64,000 bases of DNA from Octopus sinensis (Eukaryota), in contig NC_042998.1 in assembly GCF_006345805.1 (NCBI RefSeq), forward strand, positions 192,758,001-192,822,000, in the 5' to 3' direction. The notes beneath the pieces are model-generated. The model was not told the origin of the DNA. It saw only the letters and a list, made by a program, of their open reading frames with translations, and did not search any database. The position numbers were made by a program, and so were the translations under genes. This document shows positions 11,228 through 23,234 of the stretch, in pieces (the first letter of the stretch is position 1; every line of letters starts with the position of its first letter).

Positions 11228-12614
11228 ATACTTTTTCATAACGCCAGCCATTCAATTATTGACTGGTAGTATTGGTTAAATGAAGGAATGAATAATAAAT
11301 AAATAAATAAATAAATAAATAAAGGAACACCAACAACAACAATATCAGCTATTGATAAGCAAAATTATAGTCTGCATAATCTTGATATAAACCCCACAAC
11401 CAGAAATAACTGATAAATAGAAGGATCTGTTTTCATGAAACTTTTTGTTTTTATATAAAACCTAACCTGTTCTCATGAGCCATTGATTGTCATCTGAACC
11501 ACAAAATAATAAAACCAGCATGGTAGCCCCTATATAGTTGCTCAATCTGCTAAAAATAGCAGTGAAATATCCCTTAAATCATATCCTACCATCTTAAAAT
11601 ATAGGACATTTAATGTAGACATAAATGGGATGGTCATGGTTGGTATGTCTTTGATCATAGATCTGTTTGATCAAAGCTGATCTGAGGCTAAATAATCTTT
11701 ATTAGTGGACTCAAATTTTTATTTTGGTTATTCTTGTAGCTGTAATTACTATAAAAACCATTTTATTCATGCTAATGTTCCTTAATGTGGCTATTAGATC
11801 ACTTTATTAAGAATCTAATATCCTTTTTGCTTCCATTGACTCAATTCACTGTAAGACTTCATAAAACTGATATGCTGTAAACATGCAATTATTTTCCGAA
11901 ACTCTATTTTTGAGAATTCTAATCCAATTGAAGGCATCGAAAATTGTATGGAAAATATAAGAAACAGAAAGATTTTGACACTCATGCACATACTCACAGA
12001 TTATTACAAAATTCAGATAGCTCAACCAAACATTCCCTGAATTAGAACAAAAGGTAATACAGCAAACTGGAAGTAATACCATTATCTTTCCTTTACTGAA
12101 GTCAGCAGCATAAAATAAATCACCAAACCAAAAACAGAATACTATAAAAGCAAGCATTTGAAAATGGCAACATGAAATAATTTAATACATACATAAATAC
12201 CTCACCAGCCTCTCCTTGTGCTTGATACGCTGCCTAAGATTTCTTGTGGATTAAACTTCAGTATAGTCAATATTTCCAGGTGCAGAGACAATACACACAG
12301 CATGACAAGAGATACAACTGCATCATAGCTAAAACAGTCTTTTATATTCTAAACACATCATAGCAACACACCCTCATAGTTCACCAAGCTAGATACAATA
12401 ACTTCTCTCTCCAGACATCATTCCCTGCTCTACAAGCTACCTCAGTACATGACAAAACGTCTTACTGCTCTTCTAATCATCTGTCCATCATAATCGCAAA
12501 TTACTCCTACAGTAATGGAGAAAAACACGAACCCCTTCAACAAACTTGAAGAAGCTTGGTGATATCACACCCATCAAGAGATAGAATTAAAACACAATCG
12601 CTAACATAATAGCT

Positions 12615-12836
12615 ATTTCTTTACTACCCACAAGGGGCTAAACACAGAGGGGACAAACAAGGACAGACAAATGGATTAAGTCGATTACATCGACCCCAGT
12701 GCATAGCTGGTACTTTATTTATCGACCCCGAAAGGATGAAAGGCAAAGTCGACCTCGGCGGAATTTGAACTCAGAACATAACGGCAGACGAAATATGGCT
12801 ATGCATTTCGCCCTGTGTGCTAATGTTTCTGCCATC
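12615..12836 (-). mobile_element. SINE family B (Meta-domain-like core gcctttcatcctttcggggtcgataaat)
   Basis: Matches other family B copies; core resembles the MetaSINE domain from recall. Confidence 0.8.
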
Positions 12837-13012
12837 TTTTATATTCATAATAGCCTTACAGTATTTAGCCTTATAAAATACCTTACAGTATTTATGATAT
12901 AATAACCTTACAAAATGCCTTACAGTATTTACTCCAGCTCCATGCACTCTGGGTTCAAATCCAGCCGTGTCAAATTTGTCTCTCATCATTTTAGTTTTGT
13001 AGAGCAGTGGAC

Positions 13013-13330
13013 TGGAGGCGCAATAGCCCAGTGGTTAGGTTGGCAGATTCGCAATTAGAGGATCGCGGTTTTGATTCCCAGACCGGGTGTTGTATGTGCT
13101 TATTGAGTGAAAACACCTAAAGCTCCATGAGGCTCCGGCAGGGGTTGGTGGCGACCCCTGTTGTACTCTTTCGCCCCAACTTTCTCTCACTCTTTCTTCC
13201 TGTTTCTTGAGTAATGCTGTGATGGACTGGCATCCCATCCAGCTGGGGGGAACACATACGCCATAGAAAGCGGGAGACCGGGCCTATGAGCCTGGCTAGG
13301 TTTGAAAAGGGTGCATAAATAAAAATAATA
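13013..13330 (+). mobile_element. tRNA-derived SINE with family D head and a different tail
   Basis: Head tggaggcgcaatagcccagtggttagg; 12-bp TSD agagcagtggac at 13001-13012 / 13331-13342. Confidence 0.8.
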
Positions 13331-13578
13331 AGAGCAGTGGACTGGTGGAATTGTTGAATTATTGGATAGGATGCCTAGTGGTAATTGTTCAGGCTCTTAG
13401 AAGTTTGAGATCTAATCCCTCCCACCACTCAGTCAATAGACTTAGTCTATGAGCCAGTTTGACACCACCAGCTGGTCCTTGGGTACTCTCAGCAGAGTTC
13501 ACTCTTTTGCAAGCTTTCGAGAGATGTCTCTGGTTTAAAGGTACCTTCATCCCTCCTTCATTAGCATCTCAGAAGCCC

Positions 13579-13610
13579 TTAAAAGGGGTCATGTACACTA
13601 GCCTTCCATT
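13579..13610 (-). CDS. Candidate terminal exon of gene M: (K)WKASVHDPF*
   Basis: Acceptor tttatatttctgcatccctcaattag; phase-1 start matches previous exon. Confidence 0.35.
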
Positions 13611-14169
13611 CTAATTGAGGGATGCAGAAATATAAACATTATTGTAGAAACTCCCCCACATAAAAAAAGGTCCACAAAACAACATTTAATTATGCGTCTG
13701 AAATGGCCTCTGCAGTAGAAACCAGTGACAATCATGAAAATATTACATGCATTAGATATAAAACTCAGTATCAAGTACTTAGAAAATCTGGCAAAAATTT
13801 GAATAGCAATTGGTAGAATTATAATATTTTCAAATCTTAACAAAAACCCAATCAAAACAATCATCCTTTCAAATTCTTCTTAAACTATCTTAGAATGAGT
13901 CAACAAGGGAAGCTTCTATATGGCTTGGCTGCTTGACCTGCTAGAAATAGCTGTCAAATCGTTCTTAAATCATTTTCCACCATCTTGAATAAGGAAAGAT
14001 AATGACTGTACTTGCAGTTTTCTGTGTTGCATTTTGTTGTGATTTGGGGTGTATGCAAATGATCTCTCTGTATTTTATGTATTTGCATGTGCAGGGGTTT
14101 CAGAATCACTCTGTTTCTTACACTCTAAATATAGTATTGAATGCTTTTAGATTAAGTATCACAGAGGTG

Positions 14170-14880
14170 GCTCAACAAGGGTGACCTAAAAAAGAATTCT
14201 GAAAGCCTAATCATCGCAGCCCAGGACCAGGCATTGAATACCAATTCAGTGAAAAAGAATATATACCACACAAGTGCATCAGACCTCTGCAGAATGTATG
14301 GGAAGAGATTTGAAAGTGTGGCTCACATTGTTAGTGCTTGTGAAAGTCTTGCACAGAAAGAGTACAAGCATAGACACAACAAAGTAACCCGAAACCGCCT
14401 CTGGCTCCTATGCCATAAGTATGGACATGAGGTTACGGGTACTTGGTACCAACATACACCAAAAAAGGTAATTGACGAAAAGGGAAAGACAAAAATCCTC
14501 TGGGACTTTGATTTCTTTATAGACAATGTATTAGAGCACTGAAGGCTGGATATAGTAACCTTTAGGAGGGACAAACAAGAGTGCCTAATAATTGACGTAG
14601 CAGTGCAGGAGATCAACACAACATCATGAAAGAAAGAGAAAAAGTTGATAAATATGGAGACTTAAGAATTGGGATTGCTAAAATATGGCAGCTATGAGAG
14701 TTGAACATAAAGTTTATCCCTATTGTCTTCGGAGCATTGGGTTCAATACTACCCAATCTGAAAAAAAACATCTAAAAACCTTAAAGATACCCTACAATAT
14801 AGATGTCTTGCAAAAATCAGCATTACTTGTAACTGCACATATATTGCACATACTGCATAAAGTACTGTCTGTCTGAGGTC
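14170..14880 (+). mobile_element. R4/Dong-like non-LTR retrotransposon 3' fragment (CCHC finger + restriction-like endonuclease)
   Basis: QDQALNT...CRM...HIVSAC...KEYKHRHN...ILWDF...DIV...IIDVA...GALG; frameshifted. Confidence 0.85.
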
Positions 14881-15319
14881 CTGGTGACAAACAGTACAAG
14901 ACCCCGGTAGACACAATATCTTCAGTCAACAACCTCATGATATTGTATACTGTGTGACGTCTATAATAATAATAATAATAATAGCCACTTTGATGGCATG
15001 CATTGCTCTCTCACTCAATATTAATAATAATGATAATCTTTTCTACTATAGGCATAAGACCTGAAATTTTGGGAGATGGGGAAAGTTGATCACATTGACC
15101 CCAGTACCTGACTGGTACTTAATTTGTCAACCTTGAAAGGATGAAAAATAAAGTCGACCTCAGTGGAATTTGAACTCAGAACATAAAGATGGACGAAATG
15201 TCGCTCAGCATTTCGCCTGGCATACTAACGTTTCTGCCAGCTCGCCACCTTGATGATAATAAGGCAGCTGAAATAAAGTTATAATGAAAGGAAACAACAA
15301 CAACACTAATAATAATAAT

Positions 15320-16210
15320 GATAAAATGCCCTGATGCAGTACCAGGCAGTAGCTCTCATGGCTTCTAATCTTAACTGATTGGAAGTGTTATCATGTACAT
15401 TGTTTTGTCTTGATATAAAAGATGGGCTACAGCAAATATTCTGCTCGATACCACAGATTTGCTTGTCAGTTGTTTGACCTTAACCAGTTGAGAATGTCGC
15501 TTAGTGCATTTCTGATCACGAGCAGAAGTACTGGGGGAGAATCATAGCCATGTTTTGAGAGGAATTCTTTGGAGTTTGGATAATTCACCTCTGGAAACAT
15601 GGGTGTTTCGTTCAACATCCTTAAACAACCCTTATTCAGAGACCTTTTGAGCAGGATAGGTTACTCAACCAGAAGGAAATTCTAACTGGGCCTCACCTGC
15701 AAGGTCATGCGCTGTTTATCTTGATATGAGATCACCATGTTGCACACATATGGTTGTGATTCATGTGCTTAGTGTACCCTTATCAGACGGGTAGTCATGA
15801 TGGGTATACTGGGCTTCGTATATTTTACCTCAGTGTCACTTTGATGACATGCACTGCTCTCTCATTCAATAATAATAATGATAATAATAATAATAACAAC
15901 AACAACAACAGTAATAATAATAATATCTTTGGAAATGTGGGTGTTTCGTTCATCATCCTCAAACAACCCTTATTCAGGGACCTTTTGAACGGGATGGGCT
16001 ACTCGACCTGAAGAAAATTCTAACTGGGTCCCATCTGCATGTTCATGCACTGTTTATCTTGATATGAGATCACCATGTTGCGCACATATGGTTGTGATGC
16101 ATGTGCCTAGTGTACCCTTATCAGACGGGTAGTCATGATGGGTATACTGGGCTTCATATATTTTACCCCAGTGTTACTTTGATGGCATGCACTGCTCTCT
16201 CACTCAGTAA
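15320..16210 (+). repeat. Interspersed repeat family E with (AAT)n tail, one full and one partial tandem copy
   Basis: Same ~560-bp sequence at 35333-35880 and 36390-36890. Confidence 0.75.
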
Positions 16211-16510
16211 TAAAAATGTTCTTTTCTACAATAGGCACTAGGCCTGAAATTTTGTGGGAGGGGGCCAGTTGATTAAATTGACCCCAGTATGCAACTGGTA
16301 CTTAATTTACTGACCCTGAAAGGATGAAAGGCAAAGTTTACCTCAACAGAATTTGAATTCAGAACGTAAAGACAGACGAAATACCACTAAGCATTTTGCC
16401 CAGCGTGCTAACACTTCTGCCAGCTCACCGCCTTTCAATAATAATGATACTAATTAGACACTAACATTCTACTGTTGTCAGTCTTAGCAAATCATTTTCA
16501 ATCCATTCCT

Positions 16511-16577
16511 TTTTCTATTAATGAAACCTTTCACCATATTTTATGAGAGTATGGTGAAAGGTTTTATTCATGGAAAA
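16511..16577 (+). ncRNA. Pre-miRNA-like hairpin (candidate)
   Basis: 28-bp stem with a 15-bp perfect core, 2 G-U pairs and 1 mismatch; 11-nt loop. Confidence 0.3.
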
Positions 16578-16934
16578 TTGGTTTGGTGGTTACAGGAAAA
16601 ATTGTAAGAGTTAAAGAAAGGAATGAAGGACAATTTTCAGTGAGGAATGAAATGCATGCTTGAATAAGATGGCTTATATGGAAACTTAATTTTTGGATTA
16701 AGAAGCCATATTTGTGATTGTAGATTCCATGACTTCCATTGTCAAAATTTCCCATGTCTAAAAGTCTTATCTAAACTACATAATGCAAAGCCCTTATTTC
16801 ATTAAAAATTGACAGATTCTTTCTTGTGAATAATTCCAAGATAACATTAAATCCACCAAAAGATCCTAATGTAGCAACCATTCCTTTGCTTACTACTTGG
16901 GAATTATTTACCCCAGTCTAAATTAATATAATAC

Positions 16935-17220
16935 ATCATCACCATCATCATCGTTTATCGTCTGCTTTCCATGCTAGCATGGGTTGGAAGATTTTGATTG
17001 AGGGCTGGCGAACCAGACTGGCTGCACCAGGCTCCAATCTTGATCTGGCAGAGTTTCTACAGCTGGATGCCCTTCCTAATGCCAACCACTCCGAGAGTGT
17101 AGTGGGTGCTTTTTACATGCCACCAGCACGGGGCCAGTCAGGCGGTACTGGTAACAACCTCGCTTGAATCTTTTTACACATGTCACTGGCACAGGTGCCA
17201 GTAAGGCGACGCTGGTACAG
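16935..17220 (-). mobile_element. RTE-3'UTR-derived repeat, family C
   Basis: Family motif, (CAT)n. Confidence 0.8.
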
Positions 17221-17841
17221 CTAAACAATCTTATTTATTTGTTCATATAGTTTTTTCAATGAAATTTTTAAAAATATAGAAATGATTAAGGTAGTGAAAT
17301 ATTTCTTCCCAAATCACTTTTGTTTTATTCATAAGATAGATACAGTCTTTATATGTATCAAGTGTCAAGAGAAAATATATTATAAATATACATAGAAAAT
17401 ACATAAAAATACTAGCTAGCTAACAATTTGTCATTAATTAGTTGGACGACATAATAATTATGCCTCTTAAATGTTTGCCACAATTAAAATTGAACTTCTT
17501 TCAATGTCAGTCATGATATTGAACAGAATGTTGCTTGCAGTATATCAACTACCTATATTTTCACCTATATAATTACATTATCTTCTAGTCACATATACCT
17601 TAATATTCACTTGTGTTTATTTTACTTTGTGATCATATTGTAAATTATTAAATTTCAAAGTTTCTTTTTGTATGTCTATGACCTTGTCAATGGTGGAACA
17701 GGGTTAGGGTGATCAGGTCATTGACATGATAATAATTGTCTAATAATTCTTTCTGCTATAGGCACAAGGCCTGAAATATTAGGGGAGGGGGATAGTTGAT
17801 GTAATCAACCTCAGTTCTCAACTGGTATTTATTTCATCAAA

Positions 17842-18256
17842 AGGCAGTGAGCTGGCAGAAACGTTAGCATGCCGGGCAAAATGCTCAGCGGTATTTCGTC
17901 TGCCGTTACGTTGTGAGTTCAAATTCTGCCAAGGTCGACTTTGCCTTTCATCCTTTCAGGGTCGATAAATAAAGTACCAGTTATGCACTGGGGTCGATAT
18001 AATCGACTTAATCCCTTCGTCTGTTCTTGTTTGTCCACTCTATGTTTAGCTCCTTGTGGGTAATAAAGAAATAGGTATTTCGTCTGCCATTACGTTCTGA
18101 GGCCAAATTCCGCCGAGGTTGACTTTGCCTTTCATCCTTAAGGGGTCAATTAATTAATTACCAGTTAGGCACTGTGGTCGATGTAATCAATTTAATCCCT
18201 TTGTCAGTCCTTGTTTGTGCACTCTATGTTTAGCCCCTTGTGGGTAATAAAGAAAT
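17842..18256 (+). mobile_element. SINE family B dimer
   Basis: One head, two B-box + body units. Confidence 0.8.
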
Positions 18257-18359
18257 AGGTATTTATTTCACTGACTCTCAAAGGATGAAAGGCAATTTCC
18301 ACAGAATTTGAACTCAGAGCATAAAGATGAATGAAATGCTGCTAAGGATTCTGTCAGCT

Positions 18360-18850
18360 TCATCATCATCGTTTAGCGTCCACTTTCCATGCTAGCATGG
18401 GTTGGACGGTTCAACTGGGGTCTGGGAAGCCAGAAGGCTGCACCAGGCCCAGTTTGATCTGGCAATGTTTCTATGGCTGGATGCCCTTCCTAACGCCAAC
18501 CACTCCATGGGTGTAGTGGGTGTTTTTTACATGCCACCGGCACAGGTGCCAGACGAGTCTGGCAAACGGCCATGATCGGATGGTGCTTTTTATGTGCCAC
18601 CAGCACGGGGGCCAGGCGAGGCTGGCAACGGCCACGAACGGATGGTGCTTTTTACGTGCCACCAACACGAGGCCAGTCGGGGCGGCGCTGGCAACGGCCA
18701 CAAACGGATGGAGCTTTTTACGTGCCACCGGCACGAGGCCAGTCGGGGCAGCGCTGGCAATGGCCACGTTTGGATGGTTCTCTTATGTGCCACCGGCACT
18801 GGTAACTCAGCTGCAATTTCCATTGATCGATTTCGATTCTGATTCTCACT
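18360..18850 (-). mobile_element. Family C repeat with internal ~55-bp tandem units
   Basis: Repeated tgccaccggcacgaggccagtcggggc...ctggcaacggccac units. Confidence 0.8.
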
Positions 18851-18918
18851 TACCATTTAACAAAATAATTATTTAATAATATAAAATGTAGAGACATACA
18901 AGTTATGTACAAACATAC

Positions 18919-19014
18919 TGTCAGCAAGATGAGAGTTTAAAAATGAGACCATCAAAGAATTTAGCATGATGGTAGAGGTCCAAGAAGGCTTGGTTTTTAT
19001 CTTCCTCCTGTTTA
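18919..19014 (-). CDS. Exon of gene M: NRRKIKTKPSWTSTIMLNSLMVSFLNSHLAD
   Basis: Acceptor ttctctttttcag, donor GTATGT, 96 nt, only the phase 1-1 frame is open. Confidence 0.6.
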
Positions 19015-19119
19015 CTGAAAAAGAGAAGTCTATGATAGACTGACCATGGGAACTTCTTTATGTCAGTGACATGTGTTTGTATATAAAGGTATTTTCTTTA
19101 TTTACTTTACATGAAAATA

Positions 19120-19685
19120 TTGGGTTGTCCGAAAAGTTCATGCTGATTTTTAAAGGAAAGAAAAAGGTCAATAAATACTTGCCATTACATTTTTAATCAA
19201 CCAAATATGAACCATTTTGTTGCACAATGCGTCTCCATCTCTCCTTTAACTTAGAAATACCCTCTTCTCAGAATTGAGGTGGTTTCATGGCAAAGAATGC
19301 ATCAAGGTATCTTTTTACATCATCCAAAGAATTGAAATTTTTACCATTAAGACTATTCTGCAGAGACCTGAATAAGAGGAAATCCAAAGAAGCAATATCT
19401 GGTGATATGGAGGGTGGAGGTAACCCATCCCAGCCAAGCTGCAACAATTTTTGTCTGGTTCCCAAAGCATCAAATACTGAAAATGAACTTTCTTATCTTC
19501 CATTTTAAAGGGTTACAGAATTAACACAGGTTATAGGAACATAAACCTTCTTCCACGAAAAGATAGCTTAAACTGTGCTCTAAATGGAGGTGTAGTCAAA
19601 TCCTATTTTATGCACTCAACCATGTTCTAAAATAAGTCAAAAGGTAAGCTACTATAAATTGGCATGAACTTTCTGGACAACCCAA
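19120..19685 (-). mobile_element. Internally deleted mariner (Hsmar1/SETMAR-like) transposon
   Basis: 30-bp TIRs TTGGGTTGTCC..., TA TSD at both ends, N-terminal MEDKKVHF joined to C-terminal ...SLQNSLNGKNFNSLDDVKRYLDAFFAMKPPQF. Confidence 0.92.
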
Positions 19686-20254
19686 TATAAGTGAATACCA
19701 AGGGAGATGTATGTTTTAACTGCTTAATATGGTGTAAATATTTCAGTTGCAGCATGCAATCACATTAAGCCATTTGCCAAAGAACTACAACTCTGAAATT
19801 TCATGTGATATCAATGTTCCTTATTATTCTGAAAATATAGATATAATGTAAAAAGTAACAGAACAAATATTGTTATTATTTCATAACTAAATATTGTTCT
19901 TAGTTAATTCACCCAACTATTTCAATACATTTTTTCAAACTACTGTTAGTCTAAATTATTATTTTAACATTTATTTGTGTGTCTGTTGATAGCTTTGATA
20001 ATACTCAAAATAAATTAGAAAATTTTGTAATCCTTTATATTAATTTTACTTTTTATTTATCAATATTTGATAATTCTTTAGGGATTCATCCATCAATCAT
20101 TTAACTTCATTTTGTATTTTTTTAAATTTCTCTAATGCAGTTTATCTTTTCAACAGCTTTGACTATAAATCTCAGATAATTCTTTTACTTCTAAAACAAT
20201 GATTTTAGTTCTCTGGAGGGAATGAGAGAGAGAGAGAGAGTGAGAGAGACTTAC

Positions 20255-20274
20255 ATTTTGCTTTGTCTGGTATT
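20255..20274 (-). CDS. Possible 20-nt microexon of gene M: IPDKAK
   Basis: CAG acceptor, donor GTAAGT; frame fits only the microexon path. Confidence 0.2.
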
Positions 20275-20297
20275 CTGTTAAGTACATTGCATTGTAT

Positions 20298-20707
20298 ACT
20301 CTTTTGCTCTTTTACTTGTTTCAGTCATTTGACTGCGACCATGCTGGAGCACCGCCTTTAGTCGCGCAAATCGACCCCAGGACTTATTCTTTGTAAGCCT
20401 AGTACTTATTCTCTTGGTCTCTTTTGCCGAACCGCTAAGTTACGTGGATGTAAACACACCAGCATCGGTTGTCAAGCGATGTTAGGGGGACAAACACACA
20501 CACAAACACACACACACACACACATATATATACACATATACATATATACGACGGGCTTCTTTCAGTTTCTGTCTACCATATCCACTCACAAGGCTTTGGT
20601 CAGCCCGAGGCTATAGCAGAAGACACTTGCCCAAGGTGCCACGCAGTGGGATTGAACCCGGAACCATGTGGTTGGTAAGCAATCTACTTACCACACAGCC
20701 ACTCCTA
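20298..20707 (-). mobile_element. SINE family A
   Basis: Near full length, matches family. Confidence 0.85.
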
Positions 20708-21239
20708 CATTTATCACACCCCAAATATAATGTTAATCTCAGTTAAAACTTACATATTATTGTTGATCAGGCATTAAAAAAAATTAGATAAAAACTGACT
20801 GTACAATGAAAAGAAATAAGAAAATTTATGAAGAAATAGCTGCTCTACTTTCTTTTTCATCACATTTCATAAAATCTATTGATGAAAGATGAATATAAAG
20901 AAATACATCTTGTGATTCATTCAATTTTCTATTATTTCATTTCAGTACAATATAATTGTGTTACTCTGAAATATTGATCCATTCCAAGTGTCATGTTCTC
21001 TCTTTCATAATCCTTATTGTAATTGGGACAGTGTTTGAGAGAATGGAAAGTAGAGCTAGGGCAGTAGAATTATCAATGTTCAGTCAGACAGAGGTTTCTA
21101 GAACAGGATATTACATCCCACCATCTCACTAAGAATCTGTCATATTGTACCTTGTACTTTAATGTGTAAGCCTTTTGAAGCAAAAAAAAAAAAAACAAAA
21201 AAAAAAACGAAAAACGCTTTGAAAAAGAAAACACTTTAC

Positions 21240-21306
21240 CTGGCTGATGCTTAGATAAAATTATATGAAATGGTGCAATTAAACTTTTGATTTTAATAAA
21301 TGGTTT
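21240..21306 (-). CDS. Exon of gene M: KPFIKIKSLIAPFHIILSKHQP (or a 10-nt microexon 21240-21249)
   Basis: Strong donor CAG|GTAAAG at 21239; two candidate AAG acceptors (21307, 21250). Confidence 0.35.
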
Positions 21307-21368
21307 CTTTAAGTTAGTAGATAAAAACAGCGGAAATAATTTTTTTATAAACCTATCAGTTTCTTCAC

Positions 21369-21425
21369 CGAGGGTATTTCTATATAGTCATCATTTTCCT
21401 CTTTGTGTAAAAGTGATTGGTTTAT
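21369..21425 (-). CDS. Exon of gene M: INQSLLHKEENDDYIEIPS (alternative donor would extend to 21353)
   Basis: 73-nt intron ending ttttctatgtaatcag, phase-0 match; donors GTGAAG or GTTTAT both weak. Confidence 0.4.
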
Positions 21426-21498
21426 CTGATTACATAGAAAATGTAAGTGACAGATTCAATGAGAAGCCAACTCTTTATTTAATAGTTGCTGTTCGTAC

Positions 21499-21536
21499 AA
21501 TATTTTCTAACACTGTTAATTGCATCAATTTCTCCA
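21499..21536 (-). CDS. Exon of gene M: (V)[12 protein letters not shown]
   Basis: Acceptor ttccttcccccatttactttctag, phase-1 start matches previous exon, donor GTACGA. Confidence 0.5.
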
Positions 21537-21649
21537 CTAGAAAGTAAATGGGGGAAGGAATTTGTTGAATGAAATCTTTTTACTTCAATTGTAGATGTTA
21601 TTTGATGTTTACAACTAAAAGCAATGATGATATACTTATCTTGTTCATG

Positions 21650-21953
21650 TACATATACATTATATATATATATATATATATATGTATATGTATATGCATA
21701 TATATGTTCATATGTATATATATATATATAAATGTATATGCATATATGTTCATATATATGTATATGCATATATATATGTATATATATATTATATATATAT
21801 ATATTATATGCATATATATATGTAATATATATGCATATATATATGTATATATATATATATATATATGTGTGCATATGTATATATATATATATGTGTGCAT
21901 ATGTATATATATATATATTATGTGCATATGTATATATATATATATATGTGTGC

Positions 21954-22010
<57 letters not shown>

Positions 22011-22241
22011 CATATGTATATATGTGCATATGTATATATATATATATATATGTGCATATGTAATATATATATATGTGCATATGTATATATATATATATAT
22101 GTATGTGCATATGTATATACATATATATGTATGTACATATGTATATATATATATATGTGCATATGTATATTCATATATATATATATATGTATGTACATAT
22201 GTATATACACATATATATATGTGCATATGTATATTCATATA
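21650..22241. repeat. Compound (TA)n minisatellite with gtgcatatg units
   Basis: Direct reading; source of spurious YI-rich ORFs. Confidence 0.95.
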
Positions 22242-22765
22242 TCATCATCATCATCATCATCGTTTAACGTCCGCTTTCCATGCTAGCATGGGTTGGACGG
22301 TTCAACTGGGGTCTGGCAACTCGAAGGCTGTACCAGGCCAGTCAGATCTGGCAGTGTTTCTACAGCTGGATGCCCTTCCTAACGCCAACCACTCCGAGAG
22401 TGTAGTGGGTGATTTTATGTGCCACCGACACAGGTGCCAGGCGAGGCTGGCAGACGGCCTCGCTCAGATGGTGTTTTTTATGTGCCACCGACACAGGTGC
22501 CAGACGAGGCTGGCGAACGGCCACGCTCGGATGGTTTTCTTATGTGCCACCGGCACTGGTACCACAAGGATACAAATTCCATTGATGTTCATCTATTTTG
22601 ATTTGGTTTGATTTGATTTGATTTGATTTGATTGATTTTCACTTGCCTCAACAGGTCTTCACAAGTGTCACAAGAAGGAAGGTGTGCACAGGTGGACTGA
22701 CTACGTCCCAGGTAGGGGCCACGGGTTATGGCTTCACTAGTCTTGCCGGGTCTTCTCACGCACAG
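22242..22765 (-). mobile_element. 5'-truncated RTE 3' end (family C, long form)
   Basis: Reverse complement of 24020-24640. Confidence 0.8.
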
Positions 22766-23170
22766 CATATATATATGTGCATATGTATATTCATATATAT
22801 ATATATATATATATGTGCATATGTATATTCATATATGTATATTCATATATATATATATATATATAATACATATATATATATGTGCATATGTATATTCATA
22901 TATATATATATGCGTGCATATGTATATTCATATATATATATATGTGTGTGTGCATATATATATTCATATATATATATGTGCATATATATATTCATCTATA
23001 TATATGTGCATATATATATATTCATCTATATATATGTGCATATATATACATTCATATATATATATATATGTGCATATATATATATATGAATATATATATA
23101 TATGTGCATATATATATATTCATATATATATATTCATATATATATATATATGTACATATATATACATCTA
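22766..23170. repeat. Compound (TA)n minisatellite
   Basis: Direct reading. Confidence 0.95.
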
Positions 23171-23234
23171 CATATTTTTAAATTGAATTGTTTTTGGATC
23201 GATTAAATTTAAATTTAATTGTAATTCAAATTGA

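Noticed and set aside
11846-12157. 103-aa - strand ORF
   Set aside because: A diverged homologous segment occurs inverted at ~14005-14160, indicating an old repeat.
13420-13610. Phase-0 reading NGRLVYMTPFKGF-TGA-DANEGG... as possible selenocysteine read-through
   Set aside because: The upstream exon ends in phase 1, giving a normal stop, and no SECIS was recognised.
16564-16920. ~120-codon - strand frame with a single TAG
   Set aside because: No recognisable homology, weak splice sites; compatible with chance or an old TE.
18520-18800. Regularly spaced ~55-bp GC-rich repeats resembling a CRISPR array
   Set aside because: They are internal tandem units of the RTE 3'UTR repeat, with no unique spacers and no cas genes.
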